Positions 35,431 to 48,831 of a DNA stretch of 64,000 nucleotides are shown here, in pieces. The notes beneath the pieces were generated by a model, which worked only from the letters and a program-made list of their open reading frames with translations, made no database searches and had not been told where the DNA came from. The stretch lies in NCBI RefSeq assembly GCF_004010195.1, contig NC_057750.1:2796112-2860111 (forward strand), in the 5' to 3' direction. The position numbers and the translations under genes are program-made. The DNA comes from Chiloscyllium plagiosum. Lineage: Eukaryota. Position 1 is the first letter of the stretch. Each line of letters starts with the position of its first letter.

Positions 35431-37009
35431 TCTCATCTCAGGGATAGTTGAGCAATACACATCATTTAAGGTGCGTTTGTTTGGATAATTATTTGAAGCA
35501 TCATTGAATACAAGGTGGCAAGCCAGGTGCTGGAAAATGGGATGAGAGTGGATAGGTACTTGACAAATGGCATGGACATGATGGGCTGAAGGGCCTCTTT
35601 CCATGCTCTGAAAGCCTATGACTGCTCTATGCTTTCTGACAGTCAACGCTACATGAACTAAACTTTCTCTAAAGTGTTTTTTGGTTAAACCACCATCTTC
35701 AACACTTGTTCTGGAGCTCCATGACCCCCTCCCCCCTCATCCCTTCCACCTTCCAATTTCCAGTCCATTGCTCCCATCCATAGCCCCTGTCTTGGGCAGA
35801 ACCAAAACATGTGAAGCCCAGGAATCCTGTGTGATACTGAGCGGAGATAAAGTGTGGAAGAAAGAGAGAAAAGATCATAGGAGATGTAGGAATAGAAGCA
35901 GGCCATTCAGCCCATCAAGCCTGCTCCACCATTCGATGAGATAGTGGCTGATCTGATTATCCTCAACTCCACTTTCCTACCTTTCCCCTGTAACATAAGA
36001 ACAGATACAAAGACAACTTGCATTTATTTAGCACCCTTCATGACCTCAGGATGTCTCTAACTCTTTATTGTCAGTTAAGTGCTTCTTGAAATGTGGTAAC
36101 TGCTGTGTGTAAATTGTTTCTTTTCACTACAAGGATGGCTACATTTGAAAAATACATCATTGTCTGTAAGATTCTTTGAGAAATCACTGACACTTTGTAA
36201 AAACAATTTCTTTACTGAGTTCACAACTGGTGAAAAAAGCTGTGTTGTTATAAATTGGTCCTTAGTCAATAGAACCAGGAAAACAAACCTTTGCGTGTGT
36301 CTGTCTGTCTGTCAGTGTGCGTGTGTGTGTGTTTTTCCTTTTTTTAAATAGTGTATCTGTTTACATAATAAGCTGGTTAGACTCTGTGTGTATTTGTATT
36401 ATCACTGGGATATGTTTCCATTTGTCTGACACAGTTTCTGGTCAGGCAAAACTCTCACACATCACTGACATCACCTCTCCAGGCAAGAGCATTTCAGTCC
36501 GTGCAATGGGGTCCTGTTGTGTGTACAAACTTAATTTTGTTTGTCAAGGTGAGGGGATTGGGAAATGGAACAGTGCTTTCACCTTGAGATCCAGTGCAGA
36601 GCGCTCAGGGAACTGTATCAATAGCAGCTGTTTGACTTGGCCTCCAATGTTGTCTCCCTCATGTCAAAAGGCATAGACACCTGAAATACCAGAGGCACCT
36701 TGCATGTGATTAGCTACATACCCCCAAGCCTGAGGTTGTGAATTCAAGCCCCCTCAGTGGGGTAAGGGTTAGGGTGTGGACAACTTTGGCAAGGCCAACA
36801 ATTGTAGCCCATCCCTAATTGCCCTTGCACTGAGTGGCTTGCCCAGCAACTCAGAGGGCAGTTAAGAGTCATGGAGCTGTACATAATGGAAACAGACCAC
36901 TCAGCCCAACTCATCCATGCCAACCAGATATCCTAATCTAATCTAGTCCCATTGGCTAGTGTTTAGACCAAATCCATAAATGTTGTAACTGTACCAGCCT
37001 CCACCACTT

Positions 37010-37683
37010 AGAATAATAAAGATGTACAGCATGGAAACAGACCCTTCGGTCCAACTCATCCATGCTGACCAGATATCCCAACCCAATCTAGTCCCACCTG
37101 CCAGCACCCGGTCCATATCCCTCCAAACCCTTCCTTTTCATATACCCATCCAAATGCCTTTTAAATGTTGCAATTGTACCAGCCTCCACCACTTCCTCTG
37201 GCAGCTCATTTCATACACGTACCACCCTCTGTTTGAAACATTTGCCCCTTAGGTCTCTTTTATATCTTTCCCCTCTCATCCTAAACGTATGCCCTCTAGT
37301 TCTGGACTCCCTCACCCCAAGGAAAAGACCTTGTCTGTTTATCCTATCCATGCCCCTATGATTTTATAAACCTCTATAAGGTCACCCCAGAGCCTTCAAT
37401 GCTCCAGGGAAAACAGCCCCAGCCTGTTCAGCCTCTCCCTATAGCTCAAATCCTCCAATCCTGATAGCATCCTTGTAAATCTTTTCTGAACCCTTTCAAG
37501 TTTCACAACATCTTTCCGATAGGAAGGAGACCAGAATTGCATGCAATATTCCAACAGTGGCCTAACCAATATCCTGTACAGTCGCAACATGACCTTCCGA
37601 CTCCTGTACTCAATACTCTGACCAATAAAGGAAGGCATACCAAACGCCTTCTTCACTATCCTACAGAACATCGACTCCACTTT
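37010..37683 (-). mobile_element. HER1/CR1 LINE 3' fragment running into the gap
   Basis: LVRPLLEYCMQFWSPSYRKDVVKLERVQKRFTRML. Confidence 0.92.
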
Positions 37684-38072
37684 NNNNNNNNNNNNNNNNN
37701 NNNNNNNNNNNNNNNNNNNNNNNNNNNNNNNNNNNNNNNNNNNNNNNNNNNNNNNNNNNNNNNNNNNNNNNNNNNNNNNNNNNNNNNNNNNNNNNNNNNN
37801 NNNNNNNNNNNNNNNNNNNNNNNNNNNNNNNNNNNNNNNNNNNNNNNNNNNNNNNNNNNNNNNNNNNNNNNNNNNNNNNNNNNNNNNNNNNNNNNNNNNN
37901 NNNNNNNNNNNNNNNNNNNNNNNNNNNNNNNNNNNNNNNNNNNNNNNNNNNNNNNNNNNNNNNNNNNNNNNNNNNNNNNNNNNNNNNNNNNNNNNNNNNN
38001 NNNNNNNNNNNNNNNNNNNNNNNNNNNNNNNNNNNNNNNNNNNNNNNNNNNNNNNNNNNNNNNNNNNNNNNN
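37684..38072. other. Assembly gap (389 N)
   Basis: Run of N. Confidence 1.
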
Positions 38073-40519
38073 GTTTTGTGATTTACACATGAAAGAAGTG
38101 AAACTATCATGGTATTCAAACAGATGAAAGACTTAACAGACAATCAATTTTTCAATGTATAATTTCAGTTACATCACACTGTAAAGTTTTGCTATAAATT
38201 CTGTGTGTTAGGATTGAGCCGTCCACTATCACCTGATGAAGGAGCGACGCTCCGAAAGCTAGTGTGCTTCCAATTAAACCTGTTGGACCATAACCTGGTG
38301 TTGTGTGATTTTTAACTGTGTCCAGTATGTAAGTGTGTTGGAGGCAGTTCTGAGAAGGGTCGTTGGACCAAGTCTGAGTTTGTATTTGCTGGAGTTTGAA
38401 GGAGAAAGAGGTCACTTGATTGAAACATACACGTTCTGAGTGGGTCTAAGACTCAGAGGAAGGGTCACTGGACCCGAAATGTTAACTCTGCTTTCTCTCC
38501 ACAGGTGCTGCCAGACCTGCTGAGCTTTTCCAACAATTTCTGTTTTTGTTTCTGATTTCCAGCAGCCACAGTTCTTTAAATTTTTATTTAAGATTCAACA
38601 GGGTGGATATGGAGAGAACTTTTCCTGTTGTGGAAGAATCTAGAACAAGGTGTCGCTGTTTAAAAATCAGGCATCCTCCATTTAAAAGAGGGACGATGGG
38701 AATTTATTTTTTCTCTCAGGGTCTTGAGTCTTTGGAACTGTGTTTTCCTGGAGAGGTAGTGGGAGCGGAATACATTAATTTTTTATAAGACAAAATGAGT
38801 TAAGTATCAAATGGATGAAAAATTAACAGAGAGAGAGAGAGATTGCAAAGTGGAGGTTAAAATCAAATCAGTCACGATCATATTGCTCATGGGACAGGCT
38901 TAAGGGACTGCATGGTCTACCTTTGCTGTGCAGCTTTACAACAATCGTCATTGACCCTCTTACTTTGAATCTCGGATTTATGAATTTGTTTTAAATTTGA
39001 TTTGAAATCATGTTGAAGAATGTTAGCCTCATTTTGTGAACTGTTAATCCAGAGAGATTACCACCACAACACCATCACTCCCATCACAATTCTTTACCAA
39101 TGACAATAAAAGTGATTAGATGAATCTTTTTTATATATAACTGGAGAATTGTGATAGCGCCTGGAGTTTTTCCTGGCCCTTGAGTAGACTGCTCAGTGTT
39201 GGTCTCAATTCCTGTAAACTCCGGGGCAGTCCTGGTTAGGTGGAAGTTCTCTAATATTTTACAAGCACCTGATCTTGTTGTTTGTGGGATTTATTTTCCA
39301 CTGTTTGCTGCTCTTTAACAGAAAATCAAATGGAATTGGTAAGATGTGGGACTTTGTTGTTGCCAAATTCAAACCGAAGTAAGCAGCTGATCGAAAGTCC
39401 ATAGCCCCTTCTGGTTTCTTCAAACATTTATGCAAATATTTAACTGCTCTCTCACGCAGGAGGAGTGAGTACCTCAGAAGGGACTGAAACATGAGTATAA
39501 CCCTGCCATAAGTTACTAGGATACGAGGTTTCATTTTCACTGTTTGTGTCATCTGAAATTTTATTAAAGGGGAGATGTCGTGTTAAACTGTCATGAGCTA
39601 AATGGCCAAAGCCATTTATAATGAAGAGATTCTTCGTCTTTAACTACAGAGAAAACATTTGTAACTTTTAATTTGAGTTTTTAGGAGCTCATATTTACAT
39701 TAGATGATCTCACCCACAAGTGGATAAATTTACATTTATCTTACCCAACCGACTTGTCATCTTAAAGCTCTCTCTCTGTCAGTATCTCCGAGCCCCAGTC
39801 TATGTGTCGTTTCCTGTTTAGTTATGAACCTCTCATTCTTTTACACAGTCACTGCTTCTTTTATAATAGCACTGAATTTTTTTATAATATGGAGATCAGA
39901 ACTGTGCAGGTCAAGTGAATTGGCTGTGCTAAATTACCCATAGTGTTAGGTGCATTAGTCAGAGGGAAATGGGCCTGGGTGGGTTACTCTTCAGAGGGTC
40001 GGTGTGGACTGGTCAGGCCAAAGGGCCTGTTTCCGCACTGCAGGGAATCTAATCTCAAATCTCAAAAACTGCAGACAGTGCCTCTAGGAAGAGACTGACT
40101 AAGGTTCAATATCTTCTCTCCTTTTAAATTCGATCCCTTTGGAATTGAGATTGCTTTGTGTTTAGTGGAAGCCATGGTGGATGTGCAGGTGTGGGACTGG
40201 GGTGGACAAGGTCAGAAGTCACACAATACCGGGTTATAATCCAACAGGTTTATTTAAAATCACAAGCTTTCAGAGCGTCGGTCCTGTGACTCCACCTGAC
40301 GAAGGCACAGTGCTCCGAAAGCTTGTGATTTCAAATAAACCTGCTGGACTATAACCTGGTGTCATGTGACATCTGACTTTGTGTTTAATGACCTACTTAA
40401 CCTGTTTTACTAGTTTTAATCATTTGTGCATCTGAGCCCTCAGTTTACTCTGTTTCTCTGCTCCATTTAGTGTGTCTGAGATTATCTCAGTCGCTGTGAC
40501 CTTACTGTGAAGCCTTTTC

Positions 40520-40770
40520 CAAGGATGACCACTTTGAAAAGGTTCTCCTCCCTCCCTCCACAAGGATCTCAGTGAGTCTCTCTCTTACCGTGCCCCGCCA
40601 GGTCATCACCTCTGTCCTGAAGCTCTTCAGCCAGGTTCTGGAGCAGACCTGTTACTACAGTCACATCTCCTTCCTCAGCACCTGCCTACGCAACTGATTT
40701 ATCCCCCATGGACTCCAGACTACATTCAGACTGTCTCAGTTTGGACCTGACAGGGACAACCATGACCTCC
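40520..40770 (+). mobile_element. Penelope-like element N-terminal ORF remnant
   Basis: One frame reads LKLFSQVLEQTCYYSHISFLSTCLRN*FIPHGLQ, resembling the H..FL..C....IP.GL motif of PLE N-termini. Confidence 0.55.
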
Positions 40771-40822
40771 ATTTAGTATGTGCCCTGCTTGTTCCTCCCA
40801 CCAGAATGTAAAATCTCCATTT

Positions 40823-41830
40823 CATAGAATCATAGAATCCCGGCAGTGTGGAAGCAGGCCGTTCGGCCCAATGGTTTCACACCCACTCTCCAAAGTGCAT
40901 CCCACCCAAACCAGCCCTCTTCCTCTAACTCTGCATTTTCCATGGCTAACCTAACCAGCCTACACATCCCTGGACGCTGTTGGCAATTTCCATGGCCAAA
41001 CCACCCTAACCTGCACTTCTTTGGACTGTGGTAGGGAACTGGAGCACCCGGAGGAAACCCACGCAGACACGGGGAGAACGTGCAAACTCCACACAGACAG
41101 TCCCAACTAAAGTAATACAGTCATAGAGATCTTACAGCATAGAAACAACGTGTCCATGCCAGGTACTTTTCACAATTTAAACTAGTCCCATTTGTCTGTA
41201 TTTGGTCCATATCCTTTCATACCTAATTATTGTACAATTAGCCAATATGGGGGTCAGTTAGCTCAGTTGGTTGGATGCTTGGTTTGTGGTACAGAGTGAC
41301 ACTATCGGTGTGGGTTCAATTCCTGCACTGACTGAGGCACCATGAAGGAATCCCCTTCTCCTCCTGGGTGGCACAGTGGCTCAGTGTTTCCTACTGCTGC
41401 CTCACAGCACCAGGGACCCGGGTTCAATTCCGGTCTCGGGTGACTGTCTGTGTGAGTTTGCACATTCTTCCCGTGTCTGCGTGGGTTTCCCCTGGCTGCT
41501 CCGGTTTCCTCCCACAATCTACAGTTGTGCGGGTCAGGGTGAATTGGCCATGCTAAATTGCCCATAGTGTTCAGGGATGTGTAGGTTGGGTGCATTAGTC
41601 AGGCATAAATGTAGAGTAATACAGTAGGGGAATGGTTCTGGGTGGGTTACTCTTCAGAGGGTCGGTGTGGACTTGTTGGGCCGAAGGGCTTGTTTCCACA
41701 CTGTAGGGATTCTATGATTCAATCTCTCCCCTTGCCTGAGGGGTGATGACTCTCAGGTTAAACCTGTTGTCTCACTCTCTCTAATGTGAGAGCAGTCCTA
41801 CAGTCTGGTAGGGCTATAGTGACTTTGCAA
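40823..41830. mobile_element. SINE cluster: HE1 (-, 40823-41102) and a third tRNA-derived SINE (+, about 41250-41830) split by an HE1 copy (+, 41366-41720)
   Basis: Head tagctcagttggttgga...ggttcaattcc; its body resumes at 41721 after the HE1 tail. Confidence 0.75.
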
Positions 41831-42074
41831 TAAATCGTGTATTTTACCATTGCTCAGTGTGAAACGGGCTTTGATCAGCAATGTAGAACAATCTCATGGA
41901 GAATTACTTGTGTTTTCTACAGTGAATCTAAATGGGGAAGAAAGTCAGGCAGTTCACAACAAGCCTGAATGATCACACTCGGCTGAAATTGCCAGCACTC
42001 CAGGATTGGCCTGGAGTCTCTCAGAATTGTAGATTATTATTCAGGACACTGCGGGAGTCTACCCTGGGGATAAT

Positions 42075-42570
42075 TCACAGGGATATTATTAAGCTGGAGA
42101 GGGTTCAGATGAGATGTACCAGGATGTTGCCGGATATGTACGGTTTGAGTTATAAAGTTTGGCTGGATAGGCTGGGACGTTTTTCCTCTAGTGTGTAGGA
42201 GGTTGAGAAGTGATCTTATTGAAGTTTATAAAATAATGAGGGGGATCGATTGAGTTAATGGTACGTGTCTTTTCCCTAGGATGGGGGGATTTCAAGACTA
42301 GGGGATACATTTTTAAGGTGAGAGGAGAGAGATTTAAAAAAGACATGAGGGACAAATTTTTTACACAGATGGTGGTTTGTATGTGAAATGAACTGCCTGA
42401 TGAAGTGGTGCGTGTGAGTACAGTTACAACGTTTAAAAGAAATTTGGATAAGTACATGAACAGGTAAAGTTTATGGGCCAGGAGCAGGCAGGTGGGGCTA
42501 GTTTAGTTTGGGATTATGGTCAGCATGGACTGGTTGGGCCAAAGGGTCTATTGCCATGCTGTAAGACTCT
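42075..42570 (+). mobile_element. CR1 LINE 3' fragment
   Basis: DIIKLERVQMRCTRMLP...LDRLG motif and 3' tail. Confidence 0.85.
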
Positions 42571-43409
42571 ACATTAGTAGGATCAACATTTTCCAGACAC
42601 TCTTATTGAAGTTTCTCTTTACCAGACGTAAAAAGATTGCAAATGGGGGCAAGGAAAGGCCATTTGGCTCTCAGTCAAACATCATCCGAATGGACAATGC
42701 TTTCCAATTGGCCTAGCAAAGGAGGTACATCACAGGATTTGGGGTGTTGGCCGAATGACCACAGGAGCATTGGCAGGTTTGGTGTGGGAGAGGGAGGGGT
42801 CGTCATGTGACAAAATCTCCAGGAATACGTCAAATCCCACATGGCCATCCCAAACTGGTCAGAGATTTCTTTATGTCTAAATGTTTGTGGTAGCTAATGG
42901 TACTGGCCATCTAACTTGTATCCTGTACAGCATCAAAACTCAACAGAGGAAGGCAAACAAATATAAGAATTAGGAGCAGAAGGTGGCCATTTGACCCCTC
43001 CACCCTGTTCTATCATTTGGCGATACAACACACTAGATCTAGCTGTGGTCTCAGCTCCACAATCCGTGTCCAAAACACATTGACTCCTTCGTCAATCAAA
43101 CATCTGTCTAAATCGATCTTGACTCAATGCTCCAGCCTCTACTGCTCTCTGGGGAAGAGAATTCCAAAGATTCCCAATCCTCTAAAAGAGAAACAATTCC
43201 TCCTCATCTGCACTTTAAATGGGAGATGGCTAATGTAATTACACCTAGATACCCCTATGAGTGGGAACATCTCTCAATAGCCACCCTGTAAAGCCCCCCC
43301 AGTAAACAGATTGGTCAACTATACAGTGACACAAAGACACTGCAAGAGACAAATATGCATTTGTCTAGAGTCTGTCACATCCTTAGTGTGGATTTAAGTG
43401 CCTCACGTT

Positions 43410-44100
43410 CAACAACATTAGTGAGACCACTTTTCAAGTATCGCATGCAATTCTGGTCTCCATGCTATGGGAAGGATGTTGTGAAACTTAGAAGGGTCCA
43501 AAAAAGATTTACAAGGATGTTGCCAGAGTTGGAGGGTTTAAGTGAGAGGGAGAGTGTGAATAGGCTGGAGCTGTTTTCCCTGGAGCGTCAGAGGCTGAGG
43601 AGTGACCTTATAGAGGTTTATAAAATCATGAGGGGCATGGATAGGATATATAGACAATGTCTTTTCCCTGGGGTGGGGGAGTCCAGAACTAGAGGGCATA
43701 GGTTTAGGGTGAGAGGGGAAAGATATAAAAGGGACCTAAGGGGCAACCTTTTCACACAGAGGGTGGTACGTGTACGGAATGAGCTGCCAGAGGAAGTGGT
43801 ACAAGTAAAGCATTTAAAAGGGATCTGGATTTGGATATGAATAGGAAGGGTTTGAAGGGATATGGGCTAATTGCTGGCAAATGAGACTAGACTAGGTTAG
43901 GATATCTGGTCGGCATGGACAAGTTGGCAAAAGTGAGAACTGCAGATGCTGGAGATCAGAGTCAGGATCAGTGTGGTGCTGGAAAAGCACAGCAAGTCAG
44001 GCAGCATCCGAGGAGCAGGAAAATCAACGTTTCGGGCAAAAGCCCTTCATCAGGAATCAAGTTGGGCCGAAGGGTGTGTTTCCGTCCTGTGAGACTCTGT
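43410..44100 (+). mobile_element. HER1/CR1 LINE 3' fragment with a 130-bp Penelope-derived insert in its tail
   Basis: ORF 43355-43840 is the CR1 ORF2 C-terminus; insert 43928-44057 is flanked by a caagttgg duplication. Confidence 0.9.
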
Positions 44101-44798
44101 GATGCTAAAGCGCTGCTGCTCACTGTGTGGGCAAACACAGCAGCTACTCTGTGCACATCAAGCTCCCACAGGCGTGATGACAACCATTTAGCAACGATGG
44201 TTAAGAGGGGAATGTTGGCCGGGGAGACTACCCCTCGCCCTTCCAGGGAGTTGTGGGAGAACTGCTGCAGGATCTTTGACATCCAACTGAAAGGTCAGAA
44301 GGCAGCCTTATTCAACAGCAATATCTAAAACATGATGCCTCTGATAGCACACCTCAGCGCGATGACTTGATTTCCTTAGCTGGAGGCCTGTGTTATGACA
44401 AGGAATCACAATTTCCCACCATTCCGCCTGTGTTGGCAGGTTAAGTCACTAATGAGATAAACAGAGATCAACTTGGCAACACGTGCTGCAGGCTTGTGGT
44501 TTTTTGTAACAGAGTGAAGGTGGAGTCACTACAATCTCTGGCATCACTTCTCTGAGCGAGAGAGAGAAAAAGGTTGACTCATTGTTTGAAAGAACGTCAA
44601 TGACATCACTCATTTGTTAATCTGTATGTGTGAAGCGAAAACAATAACAGCCCCTGACAAACAACACTGAGATCATGGTTTAATTTAAACTGTTACTGAG
44701 TGCAGTTAATGTGAGGTCATTCATTCCCCAGGTGATTGGCTGAGGATTGAACCTCTGCTGTATCTATGGCTTAACTAGAGTCAATGAATTTCAGATTC

Positions 44799-44799
44799 T

Positions 44800-44833
<34 letters not shown>

Positions 44834-45300
44834 TAGACAGAGAAGGAAGAGAGATAGAATGAGTGAGAGGCTACCCAACAAAGACACATAGAGAAAAAAA
44901 TGACCAAGTATCTCTGACAGTGATGCACAAGGAGATAGACAGAGAGAATGAATATAGAGAGACAGGAAGACCAGAGGGAAGCAGAGACAATCAGAAGACA
45001 GGCAGAGAGGGGGAGAGAAAGAGAGAGATAGCACAACAAGGAGAGAGAAAGTGACATCAGATACAGGCAAAGTTAACCAGAACGACAGAGAGAGAGGAGT
45101 GAGATAAAAAAGGATAGAGAGAGGGAGAGAAGATACATAAAGATAGATAAACAGATGAGTGAGAGGAAAAGAACAGACAGATAAAGATAGAAACAGAAGT
45201 GAAAGAAAAAGAAGCGAAAGAGAAAAACAAACAGAGAGATAGTGAGGGAGACTGAATAAAAGAATTACTGAGAGGCAAATACAGAGAGAAAGAGGGAGAG
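44799..45300. repeat. (GA)n and degenerate purine-rich low-complexity tract
   Basis: Direct reading. Confidence 0.9.
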
Positions 45301-45884
45301 CTTTTGGCATAAATTGTAACATAAAAAATAAAGCGGTCAGCCCAAAGTGTTTTTGTGTACAATGCCTTCATCAGATCCTTGCTGTTCCAACAGTTTTCCC
45401 TGTTCCCTCCTGAAAACCCACTCCTGAAACACATCATCCCGAGTCTCCATTGCCATGTGGGATCTGTGGCTGGGAGAGACAGGGGCGGGGAAGGGGAATG
45501 AGTCTGCCATTGATTGTAAATGAGTCTTCAAGATCCAGTGTATGGACCTTCCCCCCGCACAGGGGTCTAGCGTGGAGGCAGGGGGCGGTTGGTGGGGATT
45601 GGGTGGAGTTTAGCTTCTTGCACGGTGATCAGGAGCAGCATGTCTGGACTGTCTAGTCTCTAGGTCGTCCTTAACTCAGCGAGGGACTGTGCTCCAGCAC
45701 AGAGTACATTTTCCAATGATGTGGAGGTGCCAGTGTTGGATTAGGGTGGACAAAGTTAAAAATCCCACAACACAAAGTTAAAAATCCCACCACAACAGCA
45801 GCACTCCAAAAGCTAGAACTTTTCAAATAAACCTGTTAGACTATAACTTGGTGTTGTGTGATTTTTAGCTATATTTTCCCCAGT

Positions 45885-47150
45885 AAGGTTTTGTGAAACT
45901 TGAAAGGGTTCAGAAAAGATTTACAAAGAACTTGCCAGGGTTTGAGGATTTGAGCTATAGGAGACGCTGAACAGGCTGGGGAAGGTGATAGGTCGGAGAG
46001 GAGGGTGAAGCAGATAAGTGGGAAGGAAGATGGACAGGTAGGACCGTTCAAGAGGGCAGTGCCGAGTTGGAGGGTCGGATCTGGGGTAAGGTGGAGGGAA
46101 GGGAAGTGGGGAAACTGGTAAAATCCACATTGATACTGTGTGGTTGGATGAGGCTTGTGAGCCAAGGGGACCGAGTCCAACTACACGGTGTCAATGTATT
46201 GATACCATTACCATTACCACCCGATGCTTGGAGGAAGAACGCCTCATATTCCGCCTTGGGACCCGGCAACCACACGGGATGAATGCGAATTTCAACAGTT
46301 TCTTCATTTTGTGGGCGGCACGGTGGCTCAGTGGTTAGCACTGCTGCCTCACAGCGCCAGAGACCCGGGTTCAATTCCCGTCTCAGGCGACTCTCTGTGT
46401 GGAGTTTGTATGTTCTCCCCGTGTCTGCGTGGGTTTCCTCCGGGTGCTCCGGTTTCCTCCCACAGTCCAAAAATGTGCAGGTCAGGTGAATTGGCCAAGT
46501 TAAATTGTCCATAGTGTTAGGTAAGGATGTAGGGGTATGGGTGGGTTGCGCTTCGACGGGCGGTGTGGATTTGTTGGGCCGAAGGGCCTGTTTCCACTCT
46601 GTAATTAATCTAATCTAATCTAAATTATCCCAGTCCCAACCTTCCAACTCAGCACCGCCCTCTTGAATGGTCCTACCTGTCCATCTTCCTTCCCACCTAT
46701 CCACTCCACCCTCCTCTCAGACCTATCACCTTCTCCCTCCCACCTTCATCGACCTATCACATTCCCAGCTACCTTACCCCCAGCCCCACCCCCATCCCTT
46801 CCCATTTATCTTTCAGTCCCCTGGCCCAGAAGCCTCATTCCTGATGAAGGGCTGATGCCCGAAATGTCGATTCTCCTGCTCCTCGGATGCTGCCTGACCG
46901 GCTGTGCTTTTCCAGCACCACTCTCGACTCTGATCTCCAGCATCTGCAGTCCTCACATTCCCTAGAGGAAGTGGTGGAGGCTGTACAATTACAACATTGA
47001 AAAGACATCTAGATGGGTACGTGAATAGGAAGGGTTTAGAGGAATATGGGGCAAGTGCTGGCAAATGGGACTAGATTAATCTAGGATATCTGGTTGGCAT
47101 GGACAAGTTGGACTGAAGGGTTCTGTTTCTGTGCTGTACATCTCTATGAC
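45885..47150. mobile_element. Nested composite: HER1 LINE containing Penelope fragments (inverted then direct), which contain an HE1 SINE (46313-46623)
   Basis: LINE at 45885-45980 resumes at about 46964; PLE peptide LEEERLIFRLGTRQPHGMN; intact HE1 with (taatc)n tail. Confidence 0.85.
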
Positions 47151-47554
47151 TCAATGATGAGTGCTAGCTCACAGCTGCAGTTCTGTCTTCATTTGGGCTT
47201 TGACCAGTTTCTCTTTAGATAGAAGCTGTCAGTGTGCCCATCTGCTCCCATGAGGGGCATTTACATAACACTGAAGACTGATTAAAACCAGTGAATTGTG
47301 CAGTAATTTCTAAAAAAAAACTGATTAACATCTTGCGGCATAACAAGAACTGATATAATTTAATGTATTCATTGATTAAATGCAACTCAATGCATTTCCC
47401 CAACGTACTGTATACCGCACTCATGCCTCATCCTCTCAGCCCAGTCTTTGTCTCAGTTTCAGAAACCAGGAGACCATAGCCCAGGCAGTCTGTTTGAATG
47501 CAGGATCGAGGGAGTACTGCTTTGCTGTCTTTCAGGGGGGAATGTTGAACAAAG

Positions 47555-48505
47555 GGGAGGTGATGGCCTGATAGTTTTACGGCTAGATTATTAATCTTGA
47601 GACTGAGGTAGTGTTAGACCATAACATCACAAGTAATAGGAACAGAATTAGGCCATTCAGCCCATTAAATCTGCTCTACCGTTTGATCGTGGTTGAAATG
47701 TTTGTCAACCCCATTCTCCTGCCTTCTCCTGTAACCTTCAATCCCCTTATTAATCAGGAACCTATCTGTCTCCATCTTAAATGCACTCAATGACTTGGTC
47801 TCCACAGCCCTCTGTGGCAATGAGTTCCACAGAGTCCACACCCTCTGGCTGAAGAGATTCTTCCTCATCTTCATTCTAAAGGGCCATTCCTTCACTCTGA
47901 GGCTATGCCCTCGGGTCCTAGTCTCTCCCACTATTGGAAATATCTTCTCCAGGTCCACTCTATCTAGGCCTCTCAGTATTCTGTAAGTTTCAGTCAGGTC
48001 TCCCCCCCCCCCCATCCTTCTAAACCATTGAATACTGACCCTGTGTCCTCAACCACTCCTCATATGACAAGTGATTCATCCCCGGGATCATTCTTGTAAA
48101 CCACCCCTCTAACCCTTTCTTCAGCACATCCTTCCTTAGATACGGGGCCCAAAACTGCTCATAATATTCCAAATGCGGTCTGACTCAGAGCCTGATACAG
48201 CCTCAGCAGTGCATCTCTGCTCTTGTACTATAGTCCTCTCAAAATGAATGCTAAATAAATGTTCTGGGGTCCTGGGTTCAAAGAATCTGGAATTAAGAGT
48301 CTAATGATGACCATGAAACTGTTGTCAACTGTCAGGGACAAACCCATCTGGGTCACCAATGTCCTTGAGAAGGCAATCAGCCATCCTTACCTGGTCTGGC
48401 CTACAAGTGACTCCAGTCCCACAGCGATGGAATTGACTCTTAGTTAAGGACGTGCAATAAGTGCTGACCCAGCCAGGGACTCCCACATCCCTTCAGCGAA
48501 TTAAA
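47555..48505. mobile_element. Family-B SINE (+) split by a CR1 LINE fragment (-, about 47620-48255)
   Basis: SINE head at 47555-47615 resumes at about 48258; LINE peptide TRGHSLRVKEWPFRMKMRKNLFSQRVWTLWNSLP. Confidence 0.82.
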
Positions 48506-48514
48506 AGATTTTTT

Positions 48515-48831
48515 TTAGATTAGATTATTTACAGTGTGGAAACAGGCCCTTTGGCCCAACAAGTCCACACCGACCCGCTGAAGCGCAACCCACACAGACC
48601 CATACCCCCACATTTTAGCCCTTGACCTAACAGTACGGGCAATTGAGCATGGCCAATTCACCTAACCTGCACATTTTTGGACTGTGGGAGGAAACCGGAG
48701 CACCTGGAGGAAACCCAGACAGACACGGGGAGAACTGCAAACTCCACACAGACAGTCGCCTGAGGCGGGAATTGAACCCAGGTGTCTGGCGCTGTGAGGC
48801 AGCAGTGCTAACCACTGAGCCACCGTGCCGC
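48515..48831 (-). mobile_element. HE1-type SINE, well-preserved full-length copy
   Basis: Complete head and (taatc)n tail; close to the 46313 copy. Confidence 0.92.

Noticed and set aside
37537..38143. ORFs spanning the N run
   Set aside because: Assembly-gap artefacts.
44771..45322. 183-aa Leu/Ser-rich membrane-like ORF
   Set aside because: Translation of CT-rich low-complexity sequence.
46313..46385. tRNA genes at SINE heads (also about 41250 and family B heads)
   Set aside because: A/B boxes run directly into SINE bodies; no convincing cloverleaf or terminator.
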